64,000 nt of DNA from contig OX597816.1 of assembly GCA_951406725.2 (NCBI GenBank), positions 9,362,001 to 9,426,000 on the forward strand. The letters are read 5' to 3'. Source of the DNA: Octopus vulgaris (lineage: Eukaryota). The notes under the pieces were generated by a model that had not been told where the DNA came from, made no database searches, and saw only the letters and a list, made by a program, of their open reading frames with translations. The position numbers were made by a program, and so were the translations under genes. This document shows positions 49,628 through 62,515 of this stretch, one piece after another; the stretch's first letter is position 1, and each line of letters starts with the position of its first letter.

Positions 49628-49701
<74 letters not shown>
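49585..49701. repeat. (CT)n/(TATC)n microsatellite
   Basis: Directly visible. Confidence 0.9.
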
Positions 49702-49880
49702 AGGGGTAGTTGATTACGCTGATCACAGTACACGACTGATACTTAACTTTATTGAGCCTAAAAGGATGAAAAGCAAAGTTGAACTTGACAGAATTTGAAC
49801 TCAGAACATACAGATGGACAAAATACTGCTAAACATTTTGTCCTGTGTGCTAACAATTCAGTGACCTTGCCACCTTACTT
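49702..49880 (-). mobile_element. Meta-domain SINE
   Basis: TTTATTGAGCCTAAAAGGATGAAAAGCAAAGTTGAAC..TTTGAACTCAGAA. Confidence 0.7.
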
Positions 49881-51020
49881 TCTCTATAAATATTACTCAA
49901 ACCTGTTAGAAACTAGATTTTCACAAAATGCTATTAATCGACAATAAAACACAGGGTCGTATAACCATTGTATACACTAGGATGAAATTTGCTGATAGAT
50001 AAAATGATCACTAGTGTACATTGTGAATGTGGTTTTCACCTGTTCTAACTGATTTTTATCTGCTGTCATATCTTTTCATCAACCAAAGTTGTTGTATACA
50101 GTTAAGTTGAATGCATGTGTGTCATATATTTTTACAAGACATAGATTCATAATTTTTCATTAGGAAAAAAAATGTGGCATAATACTGTAAGAGTTTAACT
50201 ATTCAACAATGTCATTTAGTTGTAGCCAGTGTTAGCAGATGTAAATATACTTTTTAACTATTCACCTAGTTGCTATGCCTATATTTACTTAGATACTTAC
50301 CTTGATATAATTGTTTATAAAATTCCACTATGATGATTGCTTCCATAATGCGAAAGTACTTATCCAAAAAAGATACAACAAAAAAGAAGTAAAAGGAAAA
50401 TGAATATTGTAAAAACCGGGCTGTGTTGGTGTTTCAATGACTAATACAAATACACACACACACACACACACACACACAAGTGTGTGAGTGTGTCCATGTT
50501 TATTCATAAATTTAATGATTACTGACAAACTACAGAAGGTTTTGATTTTGTGATCTCCAGAAAAACAGAAGATCAAAACATTCTGAAATTTGTCACTAAT
50601 CATTAAACTTATATACAAATATATATTCTAGGCAAGTGATATTTCATGAATCCTTTATCTAACAGTGGCTACTAGTGATATCATTAACCATTCAAATATA
50701 ATAAAGATATACATGCATGCATACACACACACACACACACACACATATATATGTGGTGCCCCAGCATGGGTGCAGACTCAAGGCTGAAACATATAAAAGA
50801 ATATATTGACTGGATATTTGATTTTATCACTCTTGGTACATGTCCTTAGATTGACACCCAAACACTCTGAAATGTTCAGGGTGGAGTTTCTAGCCTGAAT
50901 GCCAAACAGTACAGCATGTTGTTTCCAAATTTCTGGCTGAGTGAATTGAGTCATGGTGCTATTTTTCTCACAGACCCTACTATGCTGTGTAGACAACAAA
51001 ATCAAAAACAATGTGCATGC

Positions 51021-51281
51021 ACACCCTGTGTCGGTGGCACATAAAAAACACCATCTGAGCGTGGCCGTTCGCCAGCCTCATCTGGCACCTGTGTCAGTGG
51101 CACATAAAAGCACCGACTACACTCGCGGAGTGGCTGGCGTTAGGAAGGGCATCAAGCTGTAGAAACACTGCCAGATCTGACTGGCCTGGTGCAGCCTTCG
51201 GGCTTCATAGACCCCAGTTGAACCGTCCAACCCATGCTAGCATGGAAAGCGGACGTTAAACGATGATGATGATGATGATGA
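51021..51281 (+). mobile_element. RTE 3'-end element with two modules
   Basis: Same structure as 27660-27919. Confidence 0.88.
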
Positions 51282-51302
51282 TATATATATATATATATAT
51301 AA

Positions 51303-51935
51303 GTGTGCTGTGCGCGAGAAGACCCGGCAGGACAAGTGAGTCCACAACCCGTGGCCTTCTACATGGGATGGAGCCAGCCTACGTATGCATACCTTCCCTT
51401 CTTGGGACACAAAACTCTACTTGTGAAGACGTGTTGAGGCAAGTGAGGATCAGAATCGAAATCGATCAATGGAAATTGCGGATGTGCTACCAGTGCCGGT
51501 GGCATGTCGAAACTCTGCTTGTGAAGACCCATTGAGGCAAGTGAGGATCAGAATCGAAATCGATCAATGGAAATTGCAGATGTGTTACCAGTGCCGGTGG
51601 CATGTAAGAGAACTTTCCGTTTCGCGACCGTTGCCAGCACCGCCCGTCCGTGTCCGTTGCCAGCCTCGCCTGGCCCTCGTGCCGGTGGCACATAAAAAGC
51701 ACCATCCGTTCGTGGCCGTTTGCCAGCTCTGTCTGGCACCAGTGCGGGTGGCACGTAAAAAGCACCCACTACACTCGCGGAGTGGTTGGCGTTAGGAAGG
51801 GCATCCAGCCGTAGAAACACTGCCAGATTTGACTGGGCCTGATGAAGCCTTCTGGCTTCACAGACCCCAGTAGAACCGTCCAACCCATGCTAGCATGGAA
51901 AACGGACGCTAAATGATGATGATGATGATGATGAT
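51303..51935 (+). mobile_element. 5'-truncated RTE LINE of a sister subfamily (last ORF codons plus complete 3' UTR)
   Basis: Starts GCTGTGCGCGAGAAGACCCGGCAGGACAAGTGA (AVREKTRQDK*), matching the LINE ORF end; ~95-bp internal duplication; modules; (GAT)n tail; flanked by (TA)n. Confidence 0.88.
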
Positions 51936-52256
51936 ATATATATATATATATCTGTTTGTTTGCTTTTATAGTTATGATAAAAACAATTTTACATTAATCT
52001 GATGCATTACCCTATACCTTTGTAGAGTACAGATTTATTCCTATAAACAAGAATATTATTGACAATGACATCTAAGTCTTGGTCACACACATGCACACAC
52101 ATTCCCTATAGATATTGTTTCTGTCAACACATTATTCTATAGGCACAGTAAAACCTGCTATAAAATACAACTACAGCTAGCACAATAAAATAATCGGACA
52201 ATGTGTTTGCAGAATTGTTAGAACATCAGATAGAAACCCTTTTCTTTTATATAATT

Positions 52257-53500
52257 TGGCATTCTTTCTAACCGTCAGTGTTCTGAGTTCAACTCTCACA
52301 GAGACCAGTGCTTAATTAAAAGAAATGCATGACTATTGCATACATTAGTTGATCATTTATTTTCTTAATTTGAGAAAGAATTGGTGAGGCTTTAACCTCT
52401 TAATGTAAATACCATTACTGTATCTACCCACTTTCATTTAGCATGCCATAACACATTTACCAATGTCTCATTGTTAATTATTGAACAGAGAATTAGCCAT
52501 TCTAAATGCAGTATAAAGTCAAAGACCCTTATCAATGCAATTATCAACTGTCCATGTTAAACTCTATCACACACTAAATATATTCAACCGAATGTTTACA
52601 AGATATGGTACAAATGAGTTAGTGACCCTTCAAGTTTACACTTGAACTGAAATCAAGAGAAAAGATGACTCCAGCAATTATTCAATGAAAGTATCTGTAA
52701 GGCAGGTCACAAAAGCAATGTCCTCTTCTATTGACTATCATATACCAAATATTGATGCTAAATCTCTGTCTTCAATTAGTGACATTAAAGAATAATACCC
52801 TCCAACTGTCTCAGCAGCTCTTAAACTGATACAGAATTTTCTTCAAGTATTTCAATAGCTGACAGTTTACAGAACATACTTATTGATAATATTGAAGCTC
52901 CAGCTATTACCAATTGCACTCGACAGGAAGGTTTTGACATCTACTTACATTGAAATTTTAACGCCAGCCTTTCATAATTACAGCCTGACTTAACACTTTC
53001 TTTTCACGTATGTTCCAACTAATTTCCGTCCTTTACTTTACATGCTAAACTTCAACAGCAATACAATACAGCAGAATGCGATTAGGAATATCTCTGAACG
53101 AAATATGAAAACTAAACCAAATATCTATAGAATGTTACAATTATGCTGTGAGAGAAGTTTTTGTTCATACAATTGTTTTATTAAATGCTCTGTTACAAAG
53201 TAGGAGTGAAACTTGCACTTTTGTCAACTTAACTGGTATTCTTTCTAATTGTCAGTGCTCTGATTTTAACCCCCACAGAGACCAGTGCTTAATTAAAAGC
53301 AATGAATAATTAGTGCATACTCTATTTGATAATTTATTTTATTTTGAGAAAGAATTGGTGAGGCTTTAACCTCTTAATGTAAATACCATTACTGTATCTA
53401 CCCACTTTCATTTAGCATGCCATAACACATTTACCAATGTCTCTTTGTTAATTACTGAACAGAGAATTAACCATTCTAAATGCAGCATAAAGTCAAAGAC
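52257..53500 (+). repeat. ~270-bp direct repeats (52257-52526 and 53234-53500) around a 707-bp unique core
   Basis: The last ~158 bp of the two copies differ at 4 positions. Confidence 0.9.
52527..53010 (+). pseudogene. Possible decayed coding sequence of unknown origin
   Basis: About 100 codons with 2 stops, then a frameshift and about 55 codons with 2 stops; no recognised homology. Confidence 0.3.
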
Positions 53501-53796
53501 ATCTATATTCCCTGTTTTACACTAGTTGCTTAGTCTCAATATGATTTTAAACAGAATATTTTTGCTTTTTACATTCATATCTCTTTATTAGTTTCAGAAT
53601 AGAAATAGGTTTATATAAAATATACCGAGGTCATAGCCACTTCACCATTACGCACAATAGTGATTATTCTCTAACATAGAATAAACATTGAAAATCTGTT
53701 TATTCTGCATGAATGCCTGTAGTTTTCTTAGTAAGAGAAGAAACAAAAATGGTATCTTCTATTGTTTTACTCTGCGTCATTTTATGTTCCATTTAA

Positions 53797-54064
53797 CCCT
53801 TTGCTTACCATATTTCTGTTAAAATATGCTGGTGTTGTTCCAATTAATTTTGAAAATAATGAAGAATTTAGTAAAATAACTTTTCCATTACCAATGTCTC
53901 TTTGTTAATTATTGAACAGAGAATTAACCGTTCTAAATGCTGGTGAGTGGAAAAAAATTAACACGAAATTTTGAAGGAAGGTTTTAATTTAGCTGATCAT
54001 TTTAAAGCAGGAAGTTTGTATTTCAAAACCAAGGATGTTCTCAGGGGAATAAGCATCAAAAGAG
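53797..54064 (+). mobile_element. piggyBac-type MITE with TTAA TSDs, carrying a 53-bp captured segment
   Basis: TTAA (53793-53796) CCCTTTGCTTACC..ATCAAAAGAG TTAA (54065-54068). Confidence 0.75.
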
Positions 54065-54769
54065 TTAAAGGTAAATTATAGAACAGTTAAATATTTGACA
54101 TTGTTCTATTGTTGCCTTTTGTATCCTTTTTCATACAGGAGTAGAAAGGATGTTTGCTTAGTTAAGGCTTTGTTGAATTAATTTCAGGTTAATGGGTTCT
54201 TTAAAATTAAAATCCAACAGAGGAGGGGGGGGGGGGGGGTGCATAGGACCAGAGTTGGAAGGATAAAAATCCAACAAAATGTTTGCATAGTTAAGGCTTA
54301 GCTGGAATAATTTCAGGTTAATTGGTTCTTTAAATTAAAATGGAGTTGAAGAGGAAGAAGTGGCATTACTTAGAGACATTCCCTAAACTGGGATGAGAAG
54401 AGATTAATGCAATAAATATTTAGTTTCTATAGCAGGGCTCATAACTGAGTTTGTTAAGTTCATTTGTGGTGAAGAAGGAAGAATCTTCTGTTTCAGGTTC
54501 TTACTTTCTGAGTGAAGAAGAGAACAAAGCATTGCCACTTTGGTTGCAAGCCAATGTCAATAGCTATGCATTAGTTAAGGAATTCCAGGGAAGAAAGCAG
54601 TTGTTGGGGAAAAAAAGATTAGATAAAGTGAACAACACTGAATGGAAGAAGTAAGAAACAGAGGAATTGTTACATAAAAAGTTAGCAGATATCATAGCAG
54701 GAAGAATGAATCATAGCTTAAAGAATGTGATTGGTTTTAATCTTGGAGTGCCATCCTCCTCCTTACAGA

Positions 54770-55175
54770 AGATTGGAAATGAATGACACCTGCTTGTATG
54801 GCATTGACACTCCTTTACAATCATCATGCAATGTCAAGGAGACACCGACCACCACACATACACACACACACACACATATATAACAAGCATCTTTTAGTTT
54901 CTGTCAGCCAAATCCACACACAAGACTTTGATCAACCTGGAACTATAGCAGAAGACACTTATCAAAGGTGTGACTGTGTGAGATTAAACCTGAAGCCATG
55001 TACTTAGGAAGTGAACTTCTTAACCACACAGCCATATCTGTGCCTATAAGGTTTTGGTCAGCTTAGGGATGTTGTAAAAAAAAACACTTGCTCTTGGTGC
55101 CACACAGTGGGACTGAACCTAAAACCATGTGATTGGGAAGTGAACTTCTTAACCATGCAACCATACTTGTGTCTA
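54770..55175 (-). mobile_element. Diverged CORE-like SINE with a duplicated head
   Basis: Two GGAAGTGAACTTCTTAACCA head segments at ~55007 and ~55136. Confidence 0.6.
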
Positions 55176-56195
55176 CTGAACTTGTTTACTTGTTTATTTG
55201 AAATTTGATCAGTCAGTGATTTTATTTTGTTAAATTAAACTAAAGACATAGATAAAGGAGAGATGTCTTTCAACAGGGATGTAGCTCTGGGTTAGATATA
55301 CCGAATATGGGTTTTGTATGGGAACTGGTGAGTAGGATAGGGTATGTCTGGAAGTATGAAGAGAGTTGGGGTATTTCATTGTAAGTGGCTTTGCTACAAA
55401 AATCTTTGATTCAAAATGCTATTAGACTATAAAAATTAGCTGCTTTCGCATCTGCTTTTATATGGTATGGTTGTTGTATGCATTGAAAAGCCAGAAAGTT
55501 TATAAAATTACAAAATCTCTAGAAAGAAGTAAGATTATGAAGATATTTATTTTAAATGCCATAAAATAATATAACAGAATAAAATCAGATTCTATGTAAA
55601 CTTACAATTTTAAAATGGAAATATTTAAAAAGAATAACCATTATAACAATAAAATACATTATAATTTGATATCCAGCAATACAAACATACTACAAGTAAA
55701 GATTAATGAGTACCATAGAAATATAATTATGTAATCTGGTGGGGATTCAAAAGAGTAGCCTTAATTTTTATTTTTATTTTTACATTTGAAGAGTTTACAA
55801 AGGAATATTCTATACATTATTCATTATAATTTTGTATAAAAGCTCTTAGGAGATTTTGTATTTGGATTTATAAAGAAACAACTCTTTATGGATAACATTT
55901 GAAAGAGTGGATGACAAACCAAGGTATTAACTTCAAGATGAACTCTGGTGTGTTAAAAACACTTAGAAAGAGGATTCTGGGTATTTTCGTTTTTGTTAAA
56001 ATACATTATTACTTAATAGATATTCTTTATGCTGGATCATCTCAGAGAATTCATAGCATTGTTTCATGACATTCAAACACAATGGGAAATTCCTTCAGTA
56101 TATCCTACAGAACAAAATCCTACAGAACAAAATCCTACAGATTAGATTTACCAGTTGTTCTGACTAGATGGCACAAAGTATAAATAGATAAGTAA

Positions 56196-56196
<1 letters not shown>

Positions 56197-56266
<70 letters not shown>
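56197..56266. repeat. (TG)n microsatellite
   Basis: Directly visible. Confidence 0.95.
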
Positions 56267-56267
<1 letters not shown>

Positions 56268-56279
56268 ATGTGTATGTCA

Positions 56280-56680
56280 TCAGCATCATTTTCATCATCA
56301 TCATTAAATGGCCACTTTTCTATGCTTGCATGACTAAGATGAAATTTGTTGAGGCAGATTTCTAGAGCCAGCTGCTTTTCCTGTCATCAACTCTCACATA
56401 TTCCCCCCAGACGTGTTTTTTACAGAAGACCAGTGACAAACAACACTACTTGTATGATGGTGATGCTTGTTTACAACCTTCACATGATGTGTGTATACAT
56501 AAACATGAACACACACACACACATTAATTTATATACATACACATGTGCACACACACACACACACACACAATGAGGTTCTTTCAGTTTCTGTCTGAAAAAA
56601 GGTTTTGATTGTCCTGGAGCTATGGTAGAAGACACTTGCCCAAGTCTAAGGTGCTATACAGTGTGGCTGAACCTGAGACT
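56280..56680 (-). mobile_element. Diverged CORE-like-headed, RTE-tailed SINE
   Basis: CCACTTTTCTATGCTTGCATG..GAGGCAGATTT..GAAGACACTTGCCCAAG. Confidence 0.65.
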
Positions 56681-57462
56681 GTATATATATATGCATGCAC
56701 ACATATGTATATACATCATAAAGGGAATGACTAAAAAAAATATACAAAGTCAAAAAGAGAGGAAGTGAGAAGGAAAAAGAAAGGAGAAAAAAATTTGTTA
56801 AATTGGAATTCTTCAGCATTTGTCTACATGTAAAATGTTGCTGATTGATATGAAAAGATTTTCTTTCTATCTTTCTTTAATAAAACAAAAAATGGTCAGT
56901 CATTCTGGCTTTTGACATTTGGAAACAGGGGGGGAAAAAGGAAGAAAGAAAGAAAGAAAGAAAAAGGAAGAAAGAAAGAAAGAAAAAAGGAAGAAAAAAA
57001 AAAGCCTGAACTAATTGTTAATTGTTATGTCTGTGAACAATTTCAGAGAAGTGTACTAGAAGGATAGAACTAGTGAAATCTTTCTCAATAGTCAATAAGG
57101 TATAAAACATGAAAGTTGTGTTGAATGGTGATTTGCTTTTGTCACAACTTAACCAAAAAGGAAGCTATACAATTTAAACTAATCAGCAAGGCTATATTCT
57201 TTTAGCTGATTTTAATACCCCTAAAGGGATGACCTTAGCATATTTCACTGCTTAGAATATCAAATTGGCTTGATATGCTTCTAAAATTATTGAAAAGAGA
57301 AGAAAAAAGTTTGTAACAAAATGTTATTTAGCCCCTGGCTAGCTCTGACAGAACTGAGCTATGATTAACAGTGGTTCAGCTGTGAATATGCCTTTTCCAT
57401 CTATGTTTTTGATAGAGTGAAATCTATGACAACAGTATTTAATGTGCCTTTGCTTTCTTTAA

Positions 57463-57677
57463 CCCCTTTTGATACCAAACTGCCTGACATCATCTATGAT
57501 ACAAACTTCCTGTTTTAAAATGGTCTAAATTAAAGCCTCTCATCAAAATTTCATGCTAATTTATGTCCTGAAAACCAACTTAATAATAACAAAAATATTT
57601 TACTAAATTCCTCATTATTTTCAAAGTTATTTGAAACAACGGCAGTGCATTTCAACAGAAATATGGTAACAAAATGA
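57463..57677 (-). mobile_element. piggyBac-type MITE with TTAA TSDs
   Basis: TTAA (57459-57462) CCCCTTTTGATACC..GGTAACAAAATGA TTAA (57678-57681). Confidence 0.75.
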
Positions 57678-57974
57678 TTAAAATTATGGGAAATTTCTAG
57701 CAGGTCACATGATCATAGAGAAGGTCTCAAATGCAGATCTACAATCAGAATTGTGAATCTGATTACAGTTAATTGAAAACTGCCACAACGTATATTCATG
57801 AATGGTTTCCATCTTGTATATTCTTTTAAAAGCTATGACTACGTATTTGTAGGCTTTGCGAAGTAAATATCATTACTGCAGGTGGTTTCCCCATTTGAAG
57901 AAGTTGTGGCTGTTGTGCTGTCAGCAATGAGTTTTGTCTTGAAATGAGACACAATGGATATAAGAGGAGCATGT

Positions 57975-58200
57975 TTTACTTTTTATCTTTTACTTGTTTC
58001 AATAATTAGACTGTGGCCCTGCTGGGGCACAAATTTGAAGAATTTTAGTTAAACAATCGACCTGAGCACTTTTTTTTTTTAAAAAAAAGGCCTGGTATTT
58101 ATTATAATAGTCTCTTTTACCAAACTTCTAAGTTACAGGGATGTAAACATGCCAACACCAGTTGCTAAGTGGTGGCAGGGAGGCAAAGCTCATACACAAA
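57975..58200 (-). mobile_element. 3' half of a CORE-like SINE
   Basis: TTTTACTTGTTTCAATAATTAGACTGTGGCC..CTAAGTTACAGGGATGTAAAC. Confidence 0.7.
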
Positions 58201-58297
58201 AACATACAAACACATAATTAATTTTCATGATGTAATCAGTTTATTCATCAATAAAAACACATCTGAAACAGCTGCAGTGAACCTTAACCTATTTGTG

Positions 58298-58390
<93 letters not shown>

Positions 58391-58404
58391 TATACATACA
58401 CATA

Positions 58405-58647
58405 AAAGCACCATCCGTTCGTGGCCGTTTGCCAGCTCTGTCTGGCACCTGTGCGGGTGGCATGTAAAAAGCACCTACTACACTCATGGAGTGGTTGGCG
58501 TTAGGAAGGGCATCCAGCCGTAGAAACACTGCCAGATCTGACTGGGCCTGATGAAGCCTTCCAGCTTCACAGACCCCAGTTGAACTGTCCAACCCATGCT
58601 AGCATGGAAGGCGGACGCTAAATGATGATGATGATGATGATGATGAT
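58405..58647 (+). mobile_element. RTE 3'-end element within TA/CA repeats
   Basis: Module plus terminal segment plus (GAT)n. Confidence 0.88.
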
Positions 58648-58675
58648 ACATATATGTATGTGTGTATGTGTGTCA

Positions 58676-58818
58676 TACAAAATATCCTTCATCCTACTAA
58701 AATAGAATGAAAACTTCTCATGACAGCATGAAATTGTGACATTACTACTAACTTCTTAAGCATGTGATTAGCATAAGCAAAACTGGTCACCTATGTAAAT
58801 ATATTTTTTTATAAAAAG
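58676..58818 (+). repeat. Second copy of the 16977-17117 repeat
   Basis: See 16977-17117. Confidence 0.75.
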
Positions 58819-60779
58819 ATGAAAATCTGTGTATGTGTGTGTAAGTATATATATGTGTATATATATGTATGTATGTCTAATCATGGGAAAATAATACCTT
58901 GCTTGGTAACAGGTGAATGTTGGTACAAGAATGCCATTTAGCCATAAAAAATCTACCCTATTAGGGTGGTAATGATGATGATGAAGATGATGGTGATGAT
59001 GATGATTAAGATAGATGGAATGTAATGATGCTGATTATGATTATCAACAATATAGCTGAGGGAAATAACTTGAGGATCATTCTGTGTAGGAAATACAAAT
59101 AAGGTATGGTCTCTCATACCTAATATAGTGAGTAGAAAAAATTCAATCAAATGAGATTAGCTAAGCAATTGCTTTGAAAAAACTCCCTCTACAACTGTGT
59201 AAAATTTTAAAGTAAATAAGGGGATTACTCTAATATGATCAGTTTGATAAAATCTTTTAATCAATGGAAATTGGAGTAGAAGATATGCATTTAGCTACCC
59301 CTGAGGTATTTTTCCCATAATAAGCCAATGAACATCACCACTACATCATAGCCAATTCTTAGTCACTATTCTTATGAAGACATATGACTTTCTTTATTTA
59401 CAAATCATGGAAAGCTTACACAGATCAGCTTGCATTTCAAAACAGTTTACTACTTTCTGCCGTTACTGTGGTTAGAACTGCCAGAACATATTAGCATCAA
59501 ATAATGTTTTGAGTCATTTATTTAGTAGGTCAATGATAGAAAAAGAATACATTCCATTTACTGTGACTTCTTCAGGGAATGCAAAAGATTAAGTTGGCAG
59601 AATTCTTTGACCAGCTATTAAATTACTCTTTAATAGTTGGAATGACACCAATAGAGAGGGTTGCATGTCAGATATTTCAAATTACATTTAAATACCTAAT
59701 CTACTAATAAAAGATGTCAAAATTTACTACAGACTTTTACTTGGCTCATGTTTAAGATTAAGATAAGAAAATAGTAAATGTAACTCAAGAAGTAATTTCA
59801 ACTATCTGAGAACAGTTAACTATATATTATAGTATTTAGATTTGAAAACCCAGTTGACCATACACACTCTCTCTTATACTGATTGACAGTGTATCCTCTA
59901 TACATTACAAACTTAATCACATCACCACAACTATAGCTAAACACCACCATCATCTCCCCCACTTTCAGCACCTTCACCACCACCACCACCACCCCACCAC
60001 TGCATTTGAAATACAATTAATTAAACATCTCTAAAGATTTTATAATTTGGACGCTCATTTCACATTTAGATTCTTTTAATCAGGAAATTTAACTGTGAAA
60101 CCTAAAGGTACAACACAATGATATAAGAAGATATCATGATACACATCTCTGAGAAGACATCTAAATTCTTAATATCCTTGGAATTGGTAGAGTATTGGAC
60201 AAGATGCTTTGTAATATCTAGTTTCATCCATTTATATTCTGGGTTTGAATTTCACTGAAGTTGACTTTGCCTCTCATTCTTCTAGCATCAGTAAAGTATG
60301 CACTCGAATATTTGTGACCTTTGCCAACAGTATAAGATTGTTAGATCTGTTATCAAACCTGACTAAAAAACATGGCATTACTTTCATTTTATTTCTTTAT
60401 ATTCCCACATCAAACCTTGTGACAAGTGTAAAATAGGTAACGCCAAGTGCTAGACCCTGAGAGGTAATCTTAAGAGGCAAAAGTCACTAAAATACAAATT
60501 GGTTAGCTTGAAAGTAATGCCTTTGTATGAAGGATTTTTTTCAGCTAAAAGATGAGCCTTGTGTATAAATGAAAGTGTCTTGTGCATGACTGCATAAGTT
60601 CTAACCAGTTGCTGAGAGAGACAACTGACTGCTTACTGCATATAATCAAACTCTGATTACATTGAAACTTTATTCTCTAAATCAGTGGTTCCCAACAGTG
60701 GGTTCCAACCCTTTTATTTAAATGAGTTTTCTCACAGATCCCTTTTAATATGCTTATCCTTATGTGTGTGTGTATACAC

Positions 60780-61040
60780 ACACACACACATACAGAACAA
60801 ACATGCAGATGATTTGTTTATAGTGATCAAATGTTTGTGTACACATAAACTCATTCCCTCCATCAAATCGATATCACCTGTACAGGTGCACCATGTGCCA
60901 CATGTCAGATGATGAGATGATTGCAGAACAACGTGAAATGAAGTGCTTTGCTCAAGAACGCAATGCAATGCCTGGTCTGGGAACCCACAATCTTGCAATT
61001 GTGAGTGCAACACCCTAACCACTAAGCCATGTGCCTTCAC
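60780..61040 (-). mobile_element. tRNA-headed CORE-like SINE of another family
   Basis: Minus strand GTGAAGGCACATGGCTTAGTGGTTAGGGTGTTGCAC..GTTCTTGAGCAAAGCACTTCA. Confidence 0.65.
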
Positions 61041-61044
61041 TGAG

Positions 61045-61354
61045 CATGGTAATTGCCAGTGCCACTTGACTGGCTCCCATGCCAGTGGCATGTAAAAAGC
61101 ACCATTCAAGCATGGCCAATGCCAGTACCACTTGATTGGCCTTTGTGCCGATGGCACGTAAAAAGCACCCACTACAGTCTCAGAGTGGTTGGCGTTAGGA
61201 AGGGCATCCAGTTGTAGAAGCACTGCCAGATTGGATTGAAGCCTGGTGCAGCCTTCTGGCTCAACAGCCCTCAGTCAAACCGTCCAACCTATGCCAGCAT
61301 GGAAAGCGGATGTTAAATGATGATGATGATATATATACAAACATACATACATGT

Positions 61355-61403
<49 letters not shown>

Positions 61404-61555
61404 CATACATACATACATATGAAGAGCATCCAGCTGTAGAAACTCTGCCAGATCAGATTGGAGTCTGGTGCAGCCATCTGGTTTGCCAGACCTCAGTCAA
61501 ATCGTCCAACCCATGCTAGCATGGAAAGTGGATGTTAAACGATGATGATGATGAT
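61045..61555 (+). mobile_element. Two tandem RTE 3'-end elements (61045-61330 and 61422-61555) separated by (TA)n
   Basis: Two modules plus terminal segment; the second copy is the terminal segment only. Confidence 0.8.
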
Positions 61556-61657
61556 ACACACATATATCTCTCATCAATTACATACTCAACAAACAATGAA
61601 CCAGTGAATTTGCTTTACAGGCAAACTACCAGGTGTATACCATAAGATTTATTAGCT

Positions 61658-61714
<57 letters not shown>

Positions 61715-61715
<1 letters not shown>

Positions 61716-62515
61716 ATCATCATCGTTTTATGTCTGCTTTCCATGCTGGCATGGGTTGGACAGTTTGACATGGAGCTGGCTAGCAGGTAACTGTCCAGAC
61801 TCCAACTGTCTGATATGGCATAGTTCCTGTGGCTGGATTCCCTTCCTCATGCCAACCACTTAGCAGAGTGGAATGGGTGCATTTATGTAGTACCACCACA
61901 GGTGCATTAATGCAGCTCTGGCACAGGTGCTTTTTAAGTGGCACCAACACCTGAAAAGACAAGCCTGTATGTGTGTAAGACAGCGATTTTACTTAGTTTG
62001 ATGTGTCTTATCAAGTACAGCAAATTGCCACATCTCCTGGGCCCTTGTCATTTCCGCAATGAGACCCAATGTCTGAAGATCCTTTCTCACCACTTCATTC
62101 CGTCTTCTTGAGTCTACTCCTTCCACAGGTACCCTCCACAATTAGAGATTGGCATTTCTTTACACAGTATCCTCATCCATATGCATCACCTGACTAAACC
62201 AGCACAGTTATCTCTCTTGCAGGCAACATCTGACTTCTCTTATAGCCAGTTTTCCTCTTAAAATCATTTACACTCTGTTGTGCATGCATACTGACATTAC
62301 CCATCCAGCAGAGCATGCTAGCTTCATTTCTTTCAAGCCTTCACAAATCCTCTGTAGCCAAAGCCTATGTTTCACTGCCATGTAACATAGCTGTATGTAC
62401 ACAAACATCACACAATCTGCCTTTCACTCTGAGGAAGGTAGAAGCTCTCTGAACTTCACTCAGCCTATTCTTATCCTAGCAACTACACTATCAGAACTTC
62501 CTCCGCTACTGCTAA
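61715..62515 (-). mobile_element. Old degenerate RTE LINE (3' UTR plus ORF C-terminal region)
   Basis: 62060-62510 aligns with LINE positions ~1040-1520 (CTTCCACAGGT, GAGCATGCTAGCTTCATTTC, CTGCCTTTCACTCTGAG, CCGCTACTG). Confidence 0.85.

Noticed and set aside
52257-53500. LTR retrotransposon or TRIM
   Set aside because: No consistent TG..CA termini, primer-binding site, polypurine tract or 4-6-bp TSD; kept only as an unexplained direct-repeat structure.
54360-55390. Possible decayed LINE coding fragments on the minus strand
   Set aside because: Composition is suggestive but no diagnostic motif could be read.
56102-56141. 15-bp tandem repeat ATCCTACAGAACAAA, about 2.6 copies
   Set aside because: Ordinary slippage duplication.
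60684-60712. hAT-like terminus CAGTGGTTCCCAAC
   Set aside because: No matching second TIR or TSD found.
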